Shown here piece after piece: positions 1 to 8,940 of a stretch of 64,000 nucleotides of DNA. The translations under genes and the position numbers were made by a program. This stretch comes from Thermoleophilia bacterium (GTDB taxonomy: Bacteria > Actinomycetota > Thermoleophilia > BMS3ABIN01). The stretch covers positions 3,158-67,157 of the forward strand of contig JACWAD010000094.1 in assembly GCA_014874175.1 (NCBI GenBank), in the 5' to 3' direction. Each line of letters starts with the position of its first letter. Within the stretch, counting starts at the first letter, position 1. The notes below the pieces were generated by a model. That model had not been told where the DNA came from and made no database searches. It worked only from the letters and a program-made list of their open reading frames with translations.

Positions 1-912
1 CATGCAGCGGTATCCTCCCTCTGGAATCAGATGGGCCGAATACTCGCGCGGGCTTGCCCCCTGGATCAGGCGCCGCAGCTGGGGCTGCTGCTTGAACTTG
101 TCCAGGATTGAATAAGCCTCTGTAACATTGTCAACGAGGCTGTCAAGGAGGACGCCGACGCCGATGGAGATAGTGTCCTGGTTGGTGTAGATAAAACCGG
201 TTCCCGGCAGGCCGCCGGTGATCTCGCCGATTATCTCGATGGCGGCGCCGGCGCCGGGCTCAAGGTCAAAGCGGTCCTCGATCTTTTCCTTGGGCAGCGC
301 CAGCACCTCCTTGACCGCCAGGGCAACATTGGGGGCCTGGGGCGGGCAGGAGGCCAGCCCGGCCTTCTCGGTCAGGAAGGGATTGACCCCTTCAGCGATG
401 ATAACCACGTCGGCTTCCAGGTCTCCCTGCGGCCGGCCGCTGCGAATGCCGACTACGCGGCCGTTCTCCTGGAGCAGATCCTCCACCAGCGTTTCCGTGA
501 CCATCCAGGCGCCGGCAGCCGCAGCCTGCGCCGCCAGCCACTTGTCAAAACGGGAGCGGTAGACGGTGAATGAGTTGAACGGCTCCTGGCCAAAGTCAGC
601 GGACTCGAAGGACGCCTTGATGGCCGAGTCGGTGGTGGCGAACCACATGTCACGGCGGGTGACCAGCCTTTCCAGGGGAGCCTCGCGCCAGAACCCGGGG
701 AAAACATTGGCTGTGGGATGTGAGTAAATGACTCCGCCCATCATGTTCTTGCTGCCGGACCAGGTGCCCCGCTCCAGGCAGGCAACGGTGGCGCCCGCGC
801 TGGCCAGGGTAAAGGTGGCCGCCAGGCCTGCCGGCCCGCCGCCGACAACGATGGCGTCGAAGCGTGAAGGGACCGTCCCGTTTGCGCCGGGTTTGTGTTG
901 ACCAGCGTTCAT
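1..912 (-). CDS. fixC: FAD-dependent oxidoreductase FixC/Etf-quinone oxidoreductase-like, 3' end truncated by window edge
   Basis: Manual minus-strand translation from the ATG at 912 gives [32 protein letters not shown]... (Rossmann FAD GxGxxG), FixC/geranylgeranyl-reductase-like. No stop before position 1. Start overlaps the etfA stop (ATGA). Confidence 0.7.
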   Translation of the reverse strand, partial: MNAGQHKPGANGTVPSRFDAIVVGGGPAGLAATFTLASAGATVACLERGTWSGSKNMMGGVIYSHPTANVFPGFWREAPLERLVTRRDMWFATTDSAIKASFESADFGQEPFNSFTVYRSRFDKWLAAQAAAAGAWMVTETLVEDLLQENGRVVGIRSGRPQGDLEADVVIIAEGVNPFLTEKAGLASCPPQAPNVALAVKEVLALPKEKIEDRFDLEPGAGAAIEIIGEITGGLPGTGFIYTNQDTISIGVGVLLDSLVDNVTEAYSILDKFKQQPQLRRLIQGASPREYSAHLIPEGGYRCM

Positions 913-2027
913 TTGCTCGTTCCTGTCTCTATCCTCAGGCCGCCGGCGGCCCCGGCCTGCGCCTTGCGGCGCCTGACTTCCTCCAGCAGGGCGGGCGCCA
1001 CTTCAAACAGGTCGCCGACAATGCCATAATCGGCGACCTCGAAGATAGGCGCCCCGGGGTCATTGTTAACGGCCACTACAATGTCAGAAGCCTGCATCCC
1101 GGCAAGGTGCTGGATGGCGCCGGAGATGCCCATGGCGAAGTAAAGCACCGGCCTCACCGTCTGGCCGGTCTGTCCCACCTGCCGCTGGGCCGAGATCCAG
1201 CCGGCGTCCACTGCCGCCCGCGAGGCGGCAACCGTGCCGCCCAGTTCCTGCGCCAGCTCTTCCAGGAGAGCAAAGTTGCGCGCAGCTTTCAGGCCCCGGC
1301 CGCCGGCGACAATCACCTTGGCTCCCTGCAGGGAAAGCTCGTCCTCCGGATCCGGAATGAATTCAAGCTGCTTGACTGAAGCGGCAGTTGCCTTCAGCCG
1401 CGCCCGGGAAGTGATGATTTCACCCGGCGCTTCCGGAAGGTGCCCGGGCTGCGGAAAAACTCCCGGCCTGACGGTCGCCATCTGCGGCTGGTGCCTCGGT
1501 GTAATAATGGTAGCCATCACGTTGCCGCCAAAGGCGGGACGGGTCTGGAGCAGCAGTTTTTTTTCCGGATCGATTTTAAGCTCGGTGCAATCGGCGGTCA
1601 GCCCGGTCTCCAGCTCGGTTGCGGCGGCGGAAGCGAGGTCGCGGCCGCGCGTTGTGGCGCCCAGCAGAATGATCCCGGGCTTGTGGCGGACGGCCAGCTC
1701 CACCAGCGCCTGGCAGTGCGGATCGGCCGAATATACCTCCAGTTTGGGTCCAGAAGCCAGGTAAGCGGCGGCGGCGCCTGAGGCGCACGCCCTGGCGGCC
1801 AGCTCACGCCCGCCGGCGCCGATGATGACGGCGGCGGCGCGCACGCCAAGCTCATCCGCCAGCAGCCGGGCCGCGCCGACAAGCTCCCAGGAGACGGACG
1901 CCGCCTCGGGGCCTTCGTGCTCGATGACAACCCAGACCTCGCCCCCATTAGCGGCGTTTACGGAGGCGTCTTCTGCCGCCAGGTTATTCCTGCCTCTTCG
2001 CGCCGCGTTTTTCTTTTCCTCAGCCAC
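909..2027 (-). CDS. etfA: electron transfer flavoprotein alpha subunit (EtfA/FixB)
   Basis: 372 aa ORF; EtfA FAD-binding C-terminal region; 8 nt overlap with etfB. Confidence 0.9.
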   Translation of the reverse strand: MAEEKKNAARRGRNNLAAEDASVNAANGGEVWVVIEHEGPEAASVSWELVGAARLLADELGVRAAAVIIGAGGRELAARACASGAAAAYLASGPKLEVYSADPHCQALVELAVRHKPGIILLGATTRGRDLASAAATELETGLTADCTELKIDPEKKLLLQTRPAFGGNVMATIITPRHQPQMATVRPGVFPQPGHLPEAPGEIITSRARLKATAASVKQLEFIPDPEDELSLQGAKVIVAGGRGLKAARNFALLEELAQELGGTVAASRAAVDAGWISAQRQVGQTGQTVRPVLYFAMGISGAIQHLAGMQASDIVVAVNNDPGAPIFEVADYGIVGDLFEVAPALLEEVRRRKAQAGAAGGLRIETGTSK

Positions 2028-2877
2028 CGCGCCTGCCGATCTTCAGTCCGCGTTCCGACAACCTGTCAAACAGGTTTTCCACCACTTCAGTGACCGGTTT
2101 GCTGGGCGCTGAAAGGGTTTCCCCCCGTTTTCTGGCCGGCGGAGCAAAGATTCTGCTCACCCTGGTAGGGGAGCCCTTAAGCCCCAGGCGCCCTCTGTCC
2201 ACATCCAGGTCCGGCACGCTCCAGACCTCGACAGGTTTCTTTGCGGCAGCGATCAGGTCCGGCAGCGATGCGTAGCGGATGTGGCTGCACTGCTCGGTTA
2301 CCGTGACGGCAACCGGCAATTGAGCCCGGAGGAGCTCGCGCCCGTCTTCACGCCGGCGCCATGCTTCAACACACCCTGCCTTAACGTCAATTTCAATAAG
2401 AGAGCAGACATAGGTCAACTGGCTGAACCCCAGCCGCCGCGCCAGACCGGGGCCAACCTGGCCGGTGTCGCCGTCAATCGACTGCTTGCCGCAAAAGACG
2501 ATGTCAACGCCGCTGCCGCCCCCTGTTTGTGAAGGCCGCCCGGCTGCGATTTTTTTGACAGCCGCCGCCAGCGCGTATGTGGTGGCCAGCGTGTCGGCGC
2601 CGGCAAAAGCGCGGTCGGAGAGCAGAACGGCCCGGTCCACACCGTAGCCGAGAGCTTTTCTTAAGACTTCCTCAGCCTGCGGCGGACCCATTGAAAGCGC
2701 AGTGATAAATCCGCCGAACCGGTCCCTGATGCCGAGGGCCGTTTCCAGCGCGTACAGGTCGTAAGGATTGGCAACGGATGGAATCCCCTTGCGGACAAGG
2801 CTGCCCGTCTCCGGATCAATCCAGACCTGGCTTGTGTCGGGAACCTGCTTGATACAGACTACAGAATTAATTGACAA
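2020..2877 (-). CDS. etfB: electron transfer flavoprotein beta subunit (EtfB/FixA)
   Basis: 285 aa ORF MSINSVVCIKQVPDTSQVWIDPETGSL..., canonical EtfB N-terminus. Confidence 0.9.
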   Translation of the reverse strand: MSINSVVCIKQVPDTSQVWIDPETGSLVRKGIPSVANPYDLYALETALGIRDRFGGFITALSMGPPQAEEVLRKALGYGVDRAVLLSDRAFAGADTLATTYALAAAVKKIAAGRPSQTGGGSGVDIVFCGKQSIDGDTGQVGPGLARRLGFSQLTYVCSLIEIDVKAGCVEAWRRREDGRELLRAQLPVAVTVTEQCSHIRYASLPDLIAAAKKPVEVWSVPDLDVDRGRLGLKGSPTRVSRIFAPPARKRGETLSAPSKPVTEVVENLFDRLSERGLKIGRRGG

Positions 2878-3000
2878 CTACCGCTCCCTTATCATCGGTA
2901 AATTTGGCAAAATCGGCGGGACAGAAAAATTACGTTGAAGATGAAATTGCAGTGAGGCTTTCAGCATGCAACTCAATCGGCATGCCTGCAAAACCGGTTT

Positions 3001-3348
3001 TTATGCTGTGATGCCTTCAAGCGCTTCTTCCCTGGTCTGAAAGATATCGAAGACACTGTTTAGGCCTGTGATCTGGAAAATCCAGTTGACGTTTTCGTCC
3101 ACACTAACAAGAACGAGCCTGCCATCCTTGGGCTTGAGCCGCTTGACCCCTCCGATTAGCACCCCCAGGGCGGAGCTGTCAATGAAATGGACTCCCGACA
3201 TGTCAATAACGATCCTAAGCATTCCGTCTCCCAGGGCTTGCAGCAGAGCCTCTTTCAGCCGCGGAGCCGTGTAAAGGTCAAGCTCGCCGGCAACCTCGAT
3301 CACTGCAACCCCGCCGGCAGTTTGTTCAGTTGCGATATTGAATTCCAT
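3001..3348 (-). CDS. STAS-domain anti-sigma-factor antagonist (SpoIIAA/RsbV-like)
   Basis: 115 aa; ...GELDLYTAPRLKEAL...IDMSGVHFIDSSALGVL..., typical STAS fold motif. Confidence 0.8.
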   Translation of the reverse strand: MEFNIATEQTAGGVAVIEVAGELDLYTAPRLKEALLQALGDGMLRIVIDMSGVHFIDSSALGVLIGGVKRLKPKDGRLVLVSVDENVNWIFQITGLNSVFDIFQTREEALEGITA

Positions 3349-3568
3349 GCGCTCCTCCGGTCGGTAAAAGCCTGGCTTGCCTGCAACCCTGTTAACCCGA
3401 CATCATATCAGCTTCGCTGGTTGATGTTGTACATTGCAGATTGGATATTATATAAAGCACCGAACTGTTATTCTTTAGCCCGCGACGGTTTTAGAATTTT
3501 ACCTCGGTGGTAATTAAAGTAAACGTTCAGGCAAGCCGGCCGGGCCAAAGGCTAGAAAAGGAGAGAGC

Positions 3569-3769
3569 ATGCGTGTAAAGATCGAGCCCAGGGATGAATG
3601 TCTAGGCGACGCCATTTGTTCGGATGAATGCCCGGAGGTGTTTGTTATCAATGAAGAGGACGGCCTGGCGATGGTTATCAAGGAAAATCCTGATGAAAGC
3701 CTGCGCGAGGCGGTTCAGAATGCGGTTGATGAATGCCCGGCCGAGATCATCATCATCGAAGAGGATTAG
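3569..3769 (+). CDS. small ferredoxin (single-cluster type)
   Basis: 66 aa acidic protein with CLGDAICSDECP...ECP cysteine pattern. Strong SD GGAGAGAG upstream. Confidence 0.75.
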   Translation: MRVKIEPRDECLGDAICSDECPEVFVINEEDGLAMVIKENPDESLREAVQNAVDECPAEIIIIEED

Positions 3770-3834
3770 CAGCCGGCAAGCGGCTTTCTGACAACAATTA
3801 ACCGGCCCGCCGCTTTAAAAGAATGAGGAGCCCA

Positions 3835-4221
3835 ATGAAGGGAACGCGCAAGAGGCAAAGACTCTTGGCATTGATCGGACTGACGGCCGTCGCCGCACTT
3901 TTTCCCTTTGCCTGCGGCTACAGTAGCGGTGGGACCCCGGCGGGAGGAGCGGCAACAGTTAGCGGAAATACAGCCAGCGTGTCGATGAAGAATATCGCCT
4001 TCAACCCCGCCGATATCACGGTCAGCAAAGGCACAAAAGTAACATGGACCAACGATGACTCCGTCGCCCATACGGCCACAGCCGACAACGGCATGTTTGA
4101 TTCGGGCAACATGGATCCGGGGAAATCGTTCAGCTTCACGTTCAGCCAAACGGGTTCATTCCCTTACTATTGCAAATACCACGTTTCACAAAACATGAAA
4201 GGGACTGTGACGGTCAAGTAG
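3835..4221 (+). CDS. cupredoxin (plastocyanin/pseudoazurin-like blue copper protein), signal peptide/probable lipoprotein
   Basis: Signal peptide ending ...FPFACGY. Copper ligands H (VAHT), C-x2-H (YYCKYH), M (NMKG). GAGGAG SD 4 nt before the ATG at 3835; track ORF starts at 3823. Confidence 0.7.
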   Translation: MKGTRKRQRLLALIGLTAVAALFPFACGYSSGGTPAGGAATVSGNTASVSMKNIAFNPADITVSKGTKVTWTNDDSVAHTATADNGMFDSGNMDPGKSFSFTFSQTGSFPYYCKYHVSQNMKGTVTVK

Positions 4222-4339
4222 CGATGGCGTCAGCGGATGAGGTCCGGGTTGAGGTTGACTTTGAGCATTGAATTGGCCTAGTGCGGGGGCAGGGCAATCA
4301 GCGGGGCGGCGAAAGTCTTTTCATGCCGGAGAGTGATAA

Positions 4340-5557
4340 ATGGCGGAAACAGCAGCCCAGAAAAAAATAAAAATTTACACAACCCCTGGTTGACCTTTTT
4401 GCCGGCGCCTGAAGGCTCTATTCCGTGAGAGGGGAATGGATTTCAGCGAGAAGGACGTGGCCGCCGACCTGCTGGCGCTCGCCGAGATGCGCAGCCTCAC
4501 CGGCAAGAGCTTCGTTCCCCAGATATTTATCGGCGACGAGTACATCGGCGGCTATCAGGATTTTCTCATCCTTGACGCCAGGGGGGAGATCGACCGCAAG
4601 CTGGGGCGGCGCCCGCATCCTGTCCGCGAAGTCGCCGAAATCTTTGACATGATCATCATCGGCGGCGGCCCGGCAGGGCTGACGGCGGCAGTTTATGCGG
4701 CCAGAAAGGGCATGAAAACCTTGCTCCTTGCCGACCTGCTCGGAGGGCAGCCGATCCTGACCGCGGACGTTGAGAATTACATGGGGTTTCAGTTTGTCAC
4801 AGGCCCGGAGCTGATGGCTAAGTTTGAAGAACAGGTGAGGCAGTTTCCCAACGTTGTGCTTATCACCGGTCAGCCAGTGACCAGGCTCGAGCTGGAAGGG
4901 GGCCTGAAAAAGGCGACGACCGCATCGGAAAAGTCATTTCTGGGGCGGAGCGTCATAATTGCCTCCGGCAAGCAGCCGCGAATGCTTAATATCCCGGGCG
5001 AGCGCGAGTATGTGGGCAGGGGCGTAAGTTATTGCGCAACCTGCGATGCGCCGCTTTGCGCGGGCGAGAGCGTCATGGTTGCCGGTGGCGGGAATTCCGC
5101 CATGGAGGCTGCGCTAGAACTGTCTGCGATCTGTCCCCACGTGCATCTGGTTGTGCGCGACAGGCTCAGGGGGGATGAGGTGCTGATGGGCAAGGTGCTG
5201 GCCGAAGACCGCATCTGCAAGCACCTCTCCTGGCAGCCTGCCGAGATCAAGGGGGACGGCAAGGAAGTTAAATCAGTCGCGATCGCGTCTGCCGACGGGA
5301 AGGACAGAAAGGAAATTGACGTCCGGGCGTTTTTTGTTGAGGCTGGCCTGCATCCAAACGCTGATTTTGCCGTCGGGCTGGTGCAGCTTAATCCCTTGGG
5401 GGAGATCATTGTCGACTGCGATTGCCGCACGGGCGTCGACGGGGTTTTTGCGGCCGGCGACGTCACCCAGGTGCGCGACAAGCAGATTGTGGTGGCGGCA
5501 GGCGAAGGCGCCAAGGCGGCCCTTTCGGCGTACGAGTACTTGCTGGTGCAGAGGTAG
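4340..5557 (+). CDS. selenoprotein: glutaredoxin-like domain (active site U-P-F-C, Sec encoded by in-frame TGA at 4391-4393) fused to low-Mr thioredoxin-reductase-like flavoprotein (CATC active site)
   Basis: ATG at 4340 with GGAGAG SD 6 nt upstream. Translation MAETAAQKKIKIYTTPG-TGA-PFCRRLKALFRERGMDFSEKDV...VPQIFIGDEYIGGYQDF... is a complete Grx fold only if TGA=Sec. It continues in frame into the track ORF 4436..5557 with GGGPAG and SYCATCD motifs. Confidence 0.65.
4391..4393 (+). other. in-frame UGA at the glutaredoxin active-site Cys position (putative selenocysteine codon); candidate SECIS hairpin 4409-4446
   Basis: TGA replaces the first Cys of the CPxC motif (IYTTPG-U-PFC). Downstream CUGAAG(4409-4414)/UUUCAG(4441-4446) can close a stem-loop. 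Confidence 0.55.
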
Positions 5558-5774
5558 AGTTTATTGGTCAATGATAGTATTTGTGATACAAATAAAAAAT
5601 GAGCGCAACAACAACCCTGGCCCCAGGGGGAACCCCAATTTTAATTCTATCATGTGCTTTGCTGTTTTTAATCAAACTTTGGTATGATTTTCGTTTTTAA
5701 AAAGATGTAGTTTCTGTGATTACCGGGAGCTCATGCGGGAGTTCACACCAGCCCAGGGCAGATAGCCGCGCCAG

Positions 5775-7481
5775 ATGAAGTTGCGGCAATTTATCATGGC
5801 GGCCCGGGGGCAGGCGCCGGCGGATATGGTTCTTAAAGACGCCCGGCTGGTTGACGTTCTCTCCGGCGATGTCATCCGCACGAACGTCGCTGTTTTTGGC
5901 GGCCGTGTCGCCGGCCTGGGCGATTACAGCGGCAGGGAAGTCATTGATCTGGGCGGCCGCTATCTCTGCCCCGGCTTCATCGATTCCCACATTCATATTG
6001 AAAGCACGATGCTGACGCCGCCGGAGTTCGCCCGCGCCGTCATTCCCCTGGGCACGACTTCAGTGATTATTGACCCGCACGAGATTGCCAACGTCCTGGG
6101 CCAGGAGGGCATCAATTACATGCTCAAGTCCAGCCGGGATCTGCCGGTCTCCGTATACGTGATGCTGCCCTCATGCGTGCCGACCACCGGCATGGAGACG
6201 TCCGGCGCCAGGCTGGACAGTCGGGCCTTGGAGCCGCTACTTGGCAAAGAGCGCGTGCTCGGCATTGCCGAGATGATGAATTACCCCGGCGTGCTTGACT
6301 CCGACCCTGAAGTGCTGGCAAAGATCAAGCTGGCGGCGGGCCGCCCTGTCGACGGGCATGCCCCGGGCCTGAGTGGCAGGGACCTGGCAGCCTACATCGG
6401 CGCCGGCATTATCTCCGACCATGAGTGCGTCGCGGCCGCCGAGGCCATGGAAAAACTGCGTCTGGGCATGCACATCCTTGTCCGCGAGGGGTCCACCGCC
6501 AAGAATCTGGCAGATCTCATCACTATTGTCAAGAAAGAAAACGCCGCACATTTCAGTCTGGCCACGGACGACCGCCACCCGGTGGACCTGATCTGTGAAG
6601 GGCACATCAACTACCTGGTGCGCCTGGCGATCAGCGGGGGCGTGCCGCCCGTAACCGCCATCCGGATGGCGACAATCAACACGGCTTCCCATTATGGGCT
6701 GGCAGGCCTGGGCGCCATCGCTCCCGGCTACATGGCCGACATGCTGGTCCTTGACGATCTTGAGCAGGTGAGTGTCGCCAGCGTGTTCAAGCAGGGGCGC
6801 CTGGTGGCCAGAGATGGGGCGGCGCTTCCATTCAAGGCTGGAAATCCCGCAGGCGTCGTTCATGGCACGGTTAATATTGATGTGTCAAGCCTCGACCGTC
6901 TCGCTATCCCGGCGGCCGGCGGGCGGCTGAAAGTGATAGGCATCATTCCCGATCAGGTCATTACAGAAAAACTTGTTGTCAATGCCAGAATCGAAAACGG
7001 CCTGGCGGTCTCCGATCCGGACCGGGACATCCTCAAGCTGGCCGTGATCGAGCGCCACCACGCCAGCGGCAACATCGGCCTTGGCTTCGTGCGCGGCGTC
7101 GGCCTCAAGCGGGGGGCGCTGGCCAGCTCGGTGGCTCATGACTCCCACAACATTATTGCCGTCGGGGTTAGTGATGGCGACATGCGCCTGGCGGTGCTGG
7201 AGCTTGCCCGGATGAGAGGCGGCGCCGTCGCCGTCGCCGCCGGCGAGGTGCTGGCCTCGTTGCCTCTGCCGGTCGCCGGCCTCATGTCGGACCGGCCCCT
7301 GGCCGAAGTTGCAGGGGCATCCCGGCGGGTGACCCAGGCCGCAGCCGGCCTCGGCTGCCAGCTTCCGGATCCGTTCATAACGATGTCTTTCCTCGCTCTG
7401 CCGGTGGTGCCAAAGTTGAAGCTTACCGACAAAGGGCTTGTGGATGTAAACGCATTTAAACTGGTGGGCCTGTTTGAATGA
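5775..7481 (+). CDS. ade: adenine deaminase
   Basis: 568 aa; amidohydrolase motifs GFIDSHIHIES, VDGHAPG; length and motifs match Ade. Confidence 0.85.
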   Translation: MKLRQFIMAARGQAPADMVLKDARLVDVLSGDVIRTNVAVFGGRVAGLGDYSGREVIDLGGRYLCPGFIDSHIHIESTMLTPPEFARAVIPLGTTSVIIDPHEIANVLGQEGINYMLKSSRDLPVSVYVMLPSCVPTTGMETSGARLDSRALEPLLGKERVLGIAEMMNYPGVLDSDPEVLAKIKLAAGRPVDGHAPGLSGRDLAAYIGAGIISDHECVAAAEAMEKLRLGMHILVREGSTAKNLADLITIVKKENAAHFSLATDDRHPVDLICEGHINYLVRLAISGGVPPVTAIRMATINTASHYGLAGLGAIAPGYMADMLVLDDLEQVSVASVFKQGRLVARDGAALPFKAGNPAGVVHGTVNIDVSSLDRLAIPAAGGRLKVIGIIPDQVITEKLVVNARIENGLAVSDPDRDILKLAVIERHHASGNIGLGFVRGVGLKRGALASSVAHDSHNIIAVGVSDGDMRLAVLELARMRGGAVAVAAGEVLASLPLPVAGLMSDRPLAEVAGASRRVTQAAAGLGCQLPDPFITMSFLALPVVPKLKLTDKGLVDVNAFKLVGLFE

Positions 7482-7540
7482 AAGTCTGTTTTTTGCCAGC
7501 GTGATCCTGCGTGCTGGAACCTGGCAAAGATTAAAAAGAT

Positions 7541-7643
7541 TGCCAATGGGTAATTGTCATCCCGAGGCGATGCCGAAGGATCTCGGGCTTAGAACCCAGA
7601 CTCTTCGCCGCCTGCGGCGACTCAGAATGATATTTTACTGAGG
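7541..7643. repeat. palindromic intergenic repeat, family copy A (MITE-like or structured-RNA-like)
   Basis: ATTGTCATCCCGAGGCGATGCCGAAGGATCTCGGGC... is homologous to the elements at 18614-18700 and 58841-58965. Internal inverted repeats CCCGAG/CTCGGG and CGCCGC/GCGGCG. Confidence 0.6.
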
Positions 7644-7698
7644 AACTGACAAAAGCAACCTTTCTTTACCACGTGAAACTTTAAACGTGAAACTTTTT

Positions 7699-8940
7699 TT
7701 ACATGGCCGGCAGTTCTTCCTCCGCTTTGTAAGCGTATGATTGGGGCACCGGCTCGCCCAGCTGCCGGTCCAGCTCCGGCTCTTCCTTTCTGGCGGGGTA
7801 ATACCACAAGAAGCCGTCGATCATCATCAGCATCCCCGCACTGGCAAGCAGCATGCCCCACAATCCCGGCGCCCTAAGTTCGTATACCTTGGTCAGCCCA
7901 ACGCCGATGCTGGCAAAGACTATTCCCGTGCGGATGAATCCCAGCCCTGTCCTGGCGCGGGCGTAAACCGTGCGGTAACATGCGGCTATCGTCCTGTGCG
8001 CCGCCAGGATGTTGCGCTCCCGCGCCAGGTATGTCCGCATCCGGCTTTCCGGCGCCGGCTTCAGAATGGTGCTGTAGCTTGGCAGAAGGTCTTCCAGCCG
8101 GGCAAGCATTGTTTCCCTGGTTTTGGGACGGGGCGCATCTTCCAGGTGGTAACGCTCAAGGAAGGAGACTGTCGCCGCGGTCACCTCCGCCAGTGTTTGC
8201 GGACCTGCCATCCTAAGCATTGAATGGCGAAGCTTTCCATATTGCCAGGTGCCGAAGCCGGCAATCGCCAACCCCGCAGCAGCCAGCAGCCAGATCAACG
8301 CCTGCGAAAAGACAAACTTCCAGTCAAGAATGATAAACGCCGCCGCCAGCGTCACCGTACCCAGGCCCCACCGCGCCAGCGCCTGCCAGGTCCGCATGCG
8401 CGCCATTTCCGTGCGGTAACAGGCCAGCCGCGTCCGCCACGCCGCCATCGTGTTGCGCCAGAAGGCGAGCCCGGTGCGCTCAGTGCCGATAATGCGGCCG
8501 GGGCGGTCATTCAGGTAGTCCTGGACATACCAAAGAATTTCCATCACCAGGCTGACCCTGGGCGAATAGGGTCCCTGCACAAAGCGGTCGATCTCTTCGC
8601 GAACCACGGGCGAGCCCGGATCATTCAGGGCGGCAATGACCTTGCCGTTTTCAAGGATCAATGGGAACATGGGCTCACGCTTCAGCCTCTCCGGCTCCAG
8701 GCCTTCCAGCAGCTCGGGCGGCACGGGCAGACGCTCGTCAAACTCGATGGCGGGGAAGCCGAACTCCTCCGAGAGGGCGCCAAGCAGCTCTTTTTTTGGC
8801 ACTCCGTATTCTTCCATCAAAACCGCCTCGATTTCTGCGTTCCTTTCGGCGGCGGAAGCGTATGCGGCCTTAAGCTGCTTTTTGCTGATCACGCCGGTTT
8901 CCGCCAGCCGGCGGTATGTGACAAGTTGCCTAGAAATCAT
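7699..8940 (-). CDS. membrane protein: GspE/MshE N-terminal-like (T2SSE_N) domain + two reiterated DUF202(YidH)-type ERT/RT-x-LA repeat membrane modules
   Basis: Track ORF 7699..9030; likely start is the M at 8940 (MISRQLVTY...). N-terminus ...ISKKQLKAAYASAAERNAEIEAVLMEEYGVPKKELLGALSEEFGFPAIEFDE... Repeats ERTGLAFWRNTMAAWRTRLACYRTEMARMRT... and ERNILAAHRTIAACYRTVYARARTGLGFIRTG followed by TM helices. Confidence 0.6.
   Translation of the reverse strand: MISRQLVTYRRLAETGVISKKQLKAAYASAAERNAEIEAVLMEEYGVPKKELLGALSEEFGFPAIEFDERLPVPPELLEGLEPERLKREPMFPLILENGKVIAALNDPGSPVVREEIDRFVQGPYSPRVSLVMEILWYVQDYLNDRPGRIIGTERTGLAFWRNTMAAWRTRLACYRTEMARMRTWQALARWGLGTVTLAAAFIILDWKFVFSQALIWLLAAAGLAIAGFGTWQYGKLRHSMLRMAGPQTLAEVTAATVSFLERYHLEDAPRPKTRETMLARLEDLLPSYSTILKPAPESRMRTYLARERNILAAHRTIAACYRTVYARARTGLGFIRTGIVFASIGVGLTKVYELRAPGLWGMLLASAGMLMMIDGFLWYYPARKEEPELDRQLGEPVPQSYAYKAEEELPAM

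Noticed and set aside
5560-5775. Purine riboswitch in the AT-rich leader of adenine deaminase
   Set aside because: The conserved junction sequences of the purine aptamer could not be found, only vague resemblance (GTAGTTTCTGTGATTACC). Treated as an ordinary AT-rich promoter/leader.
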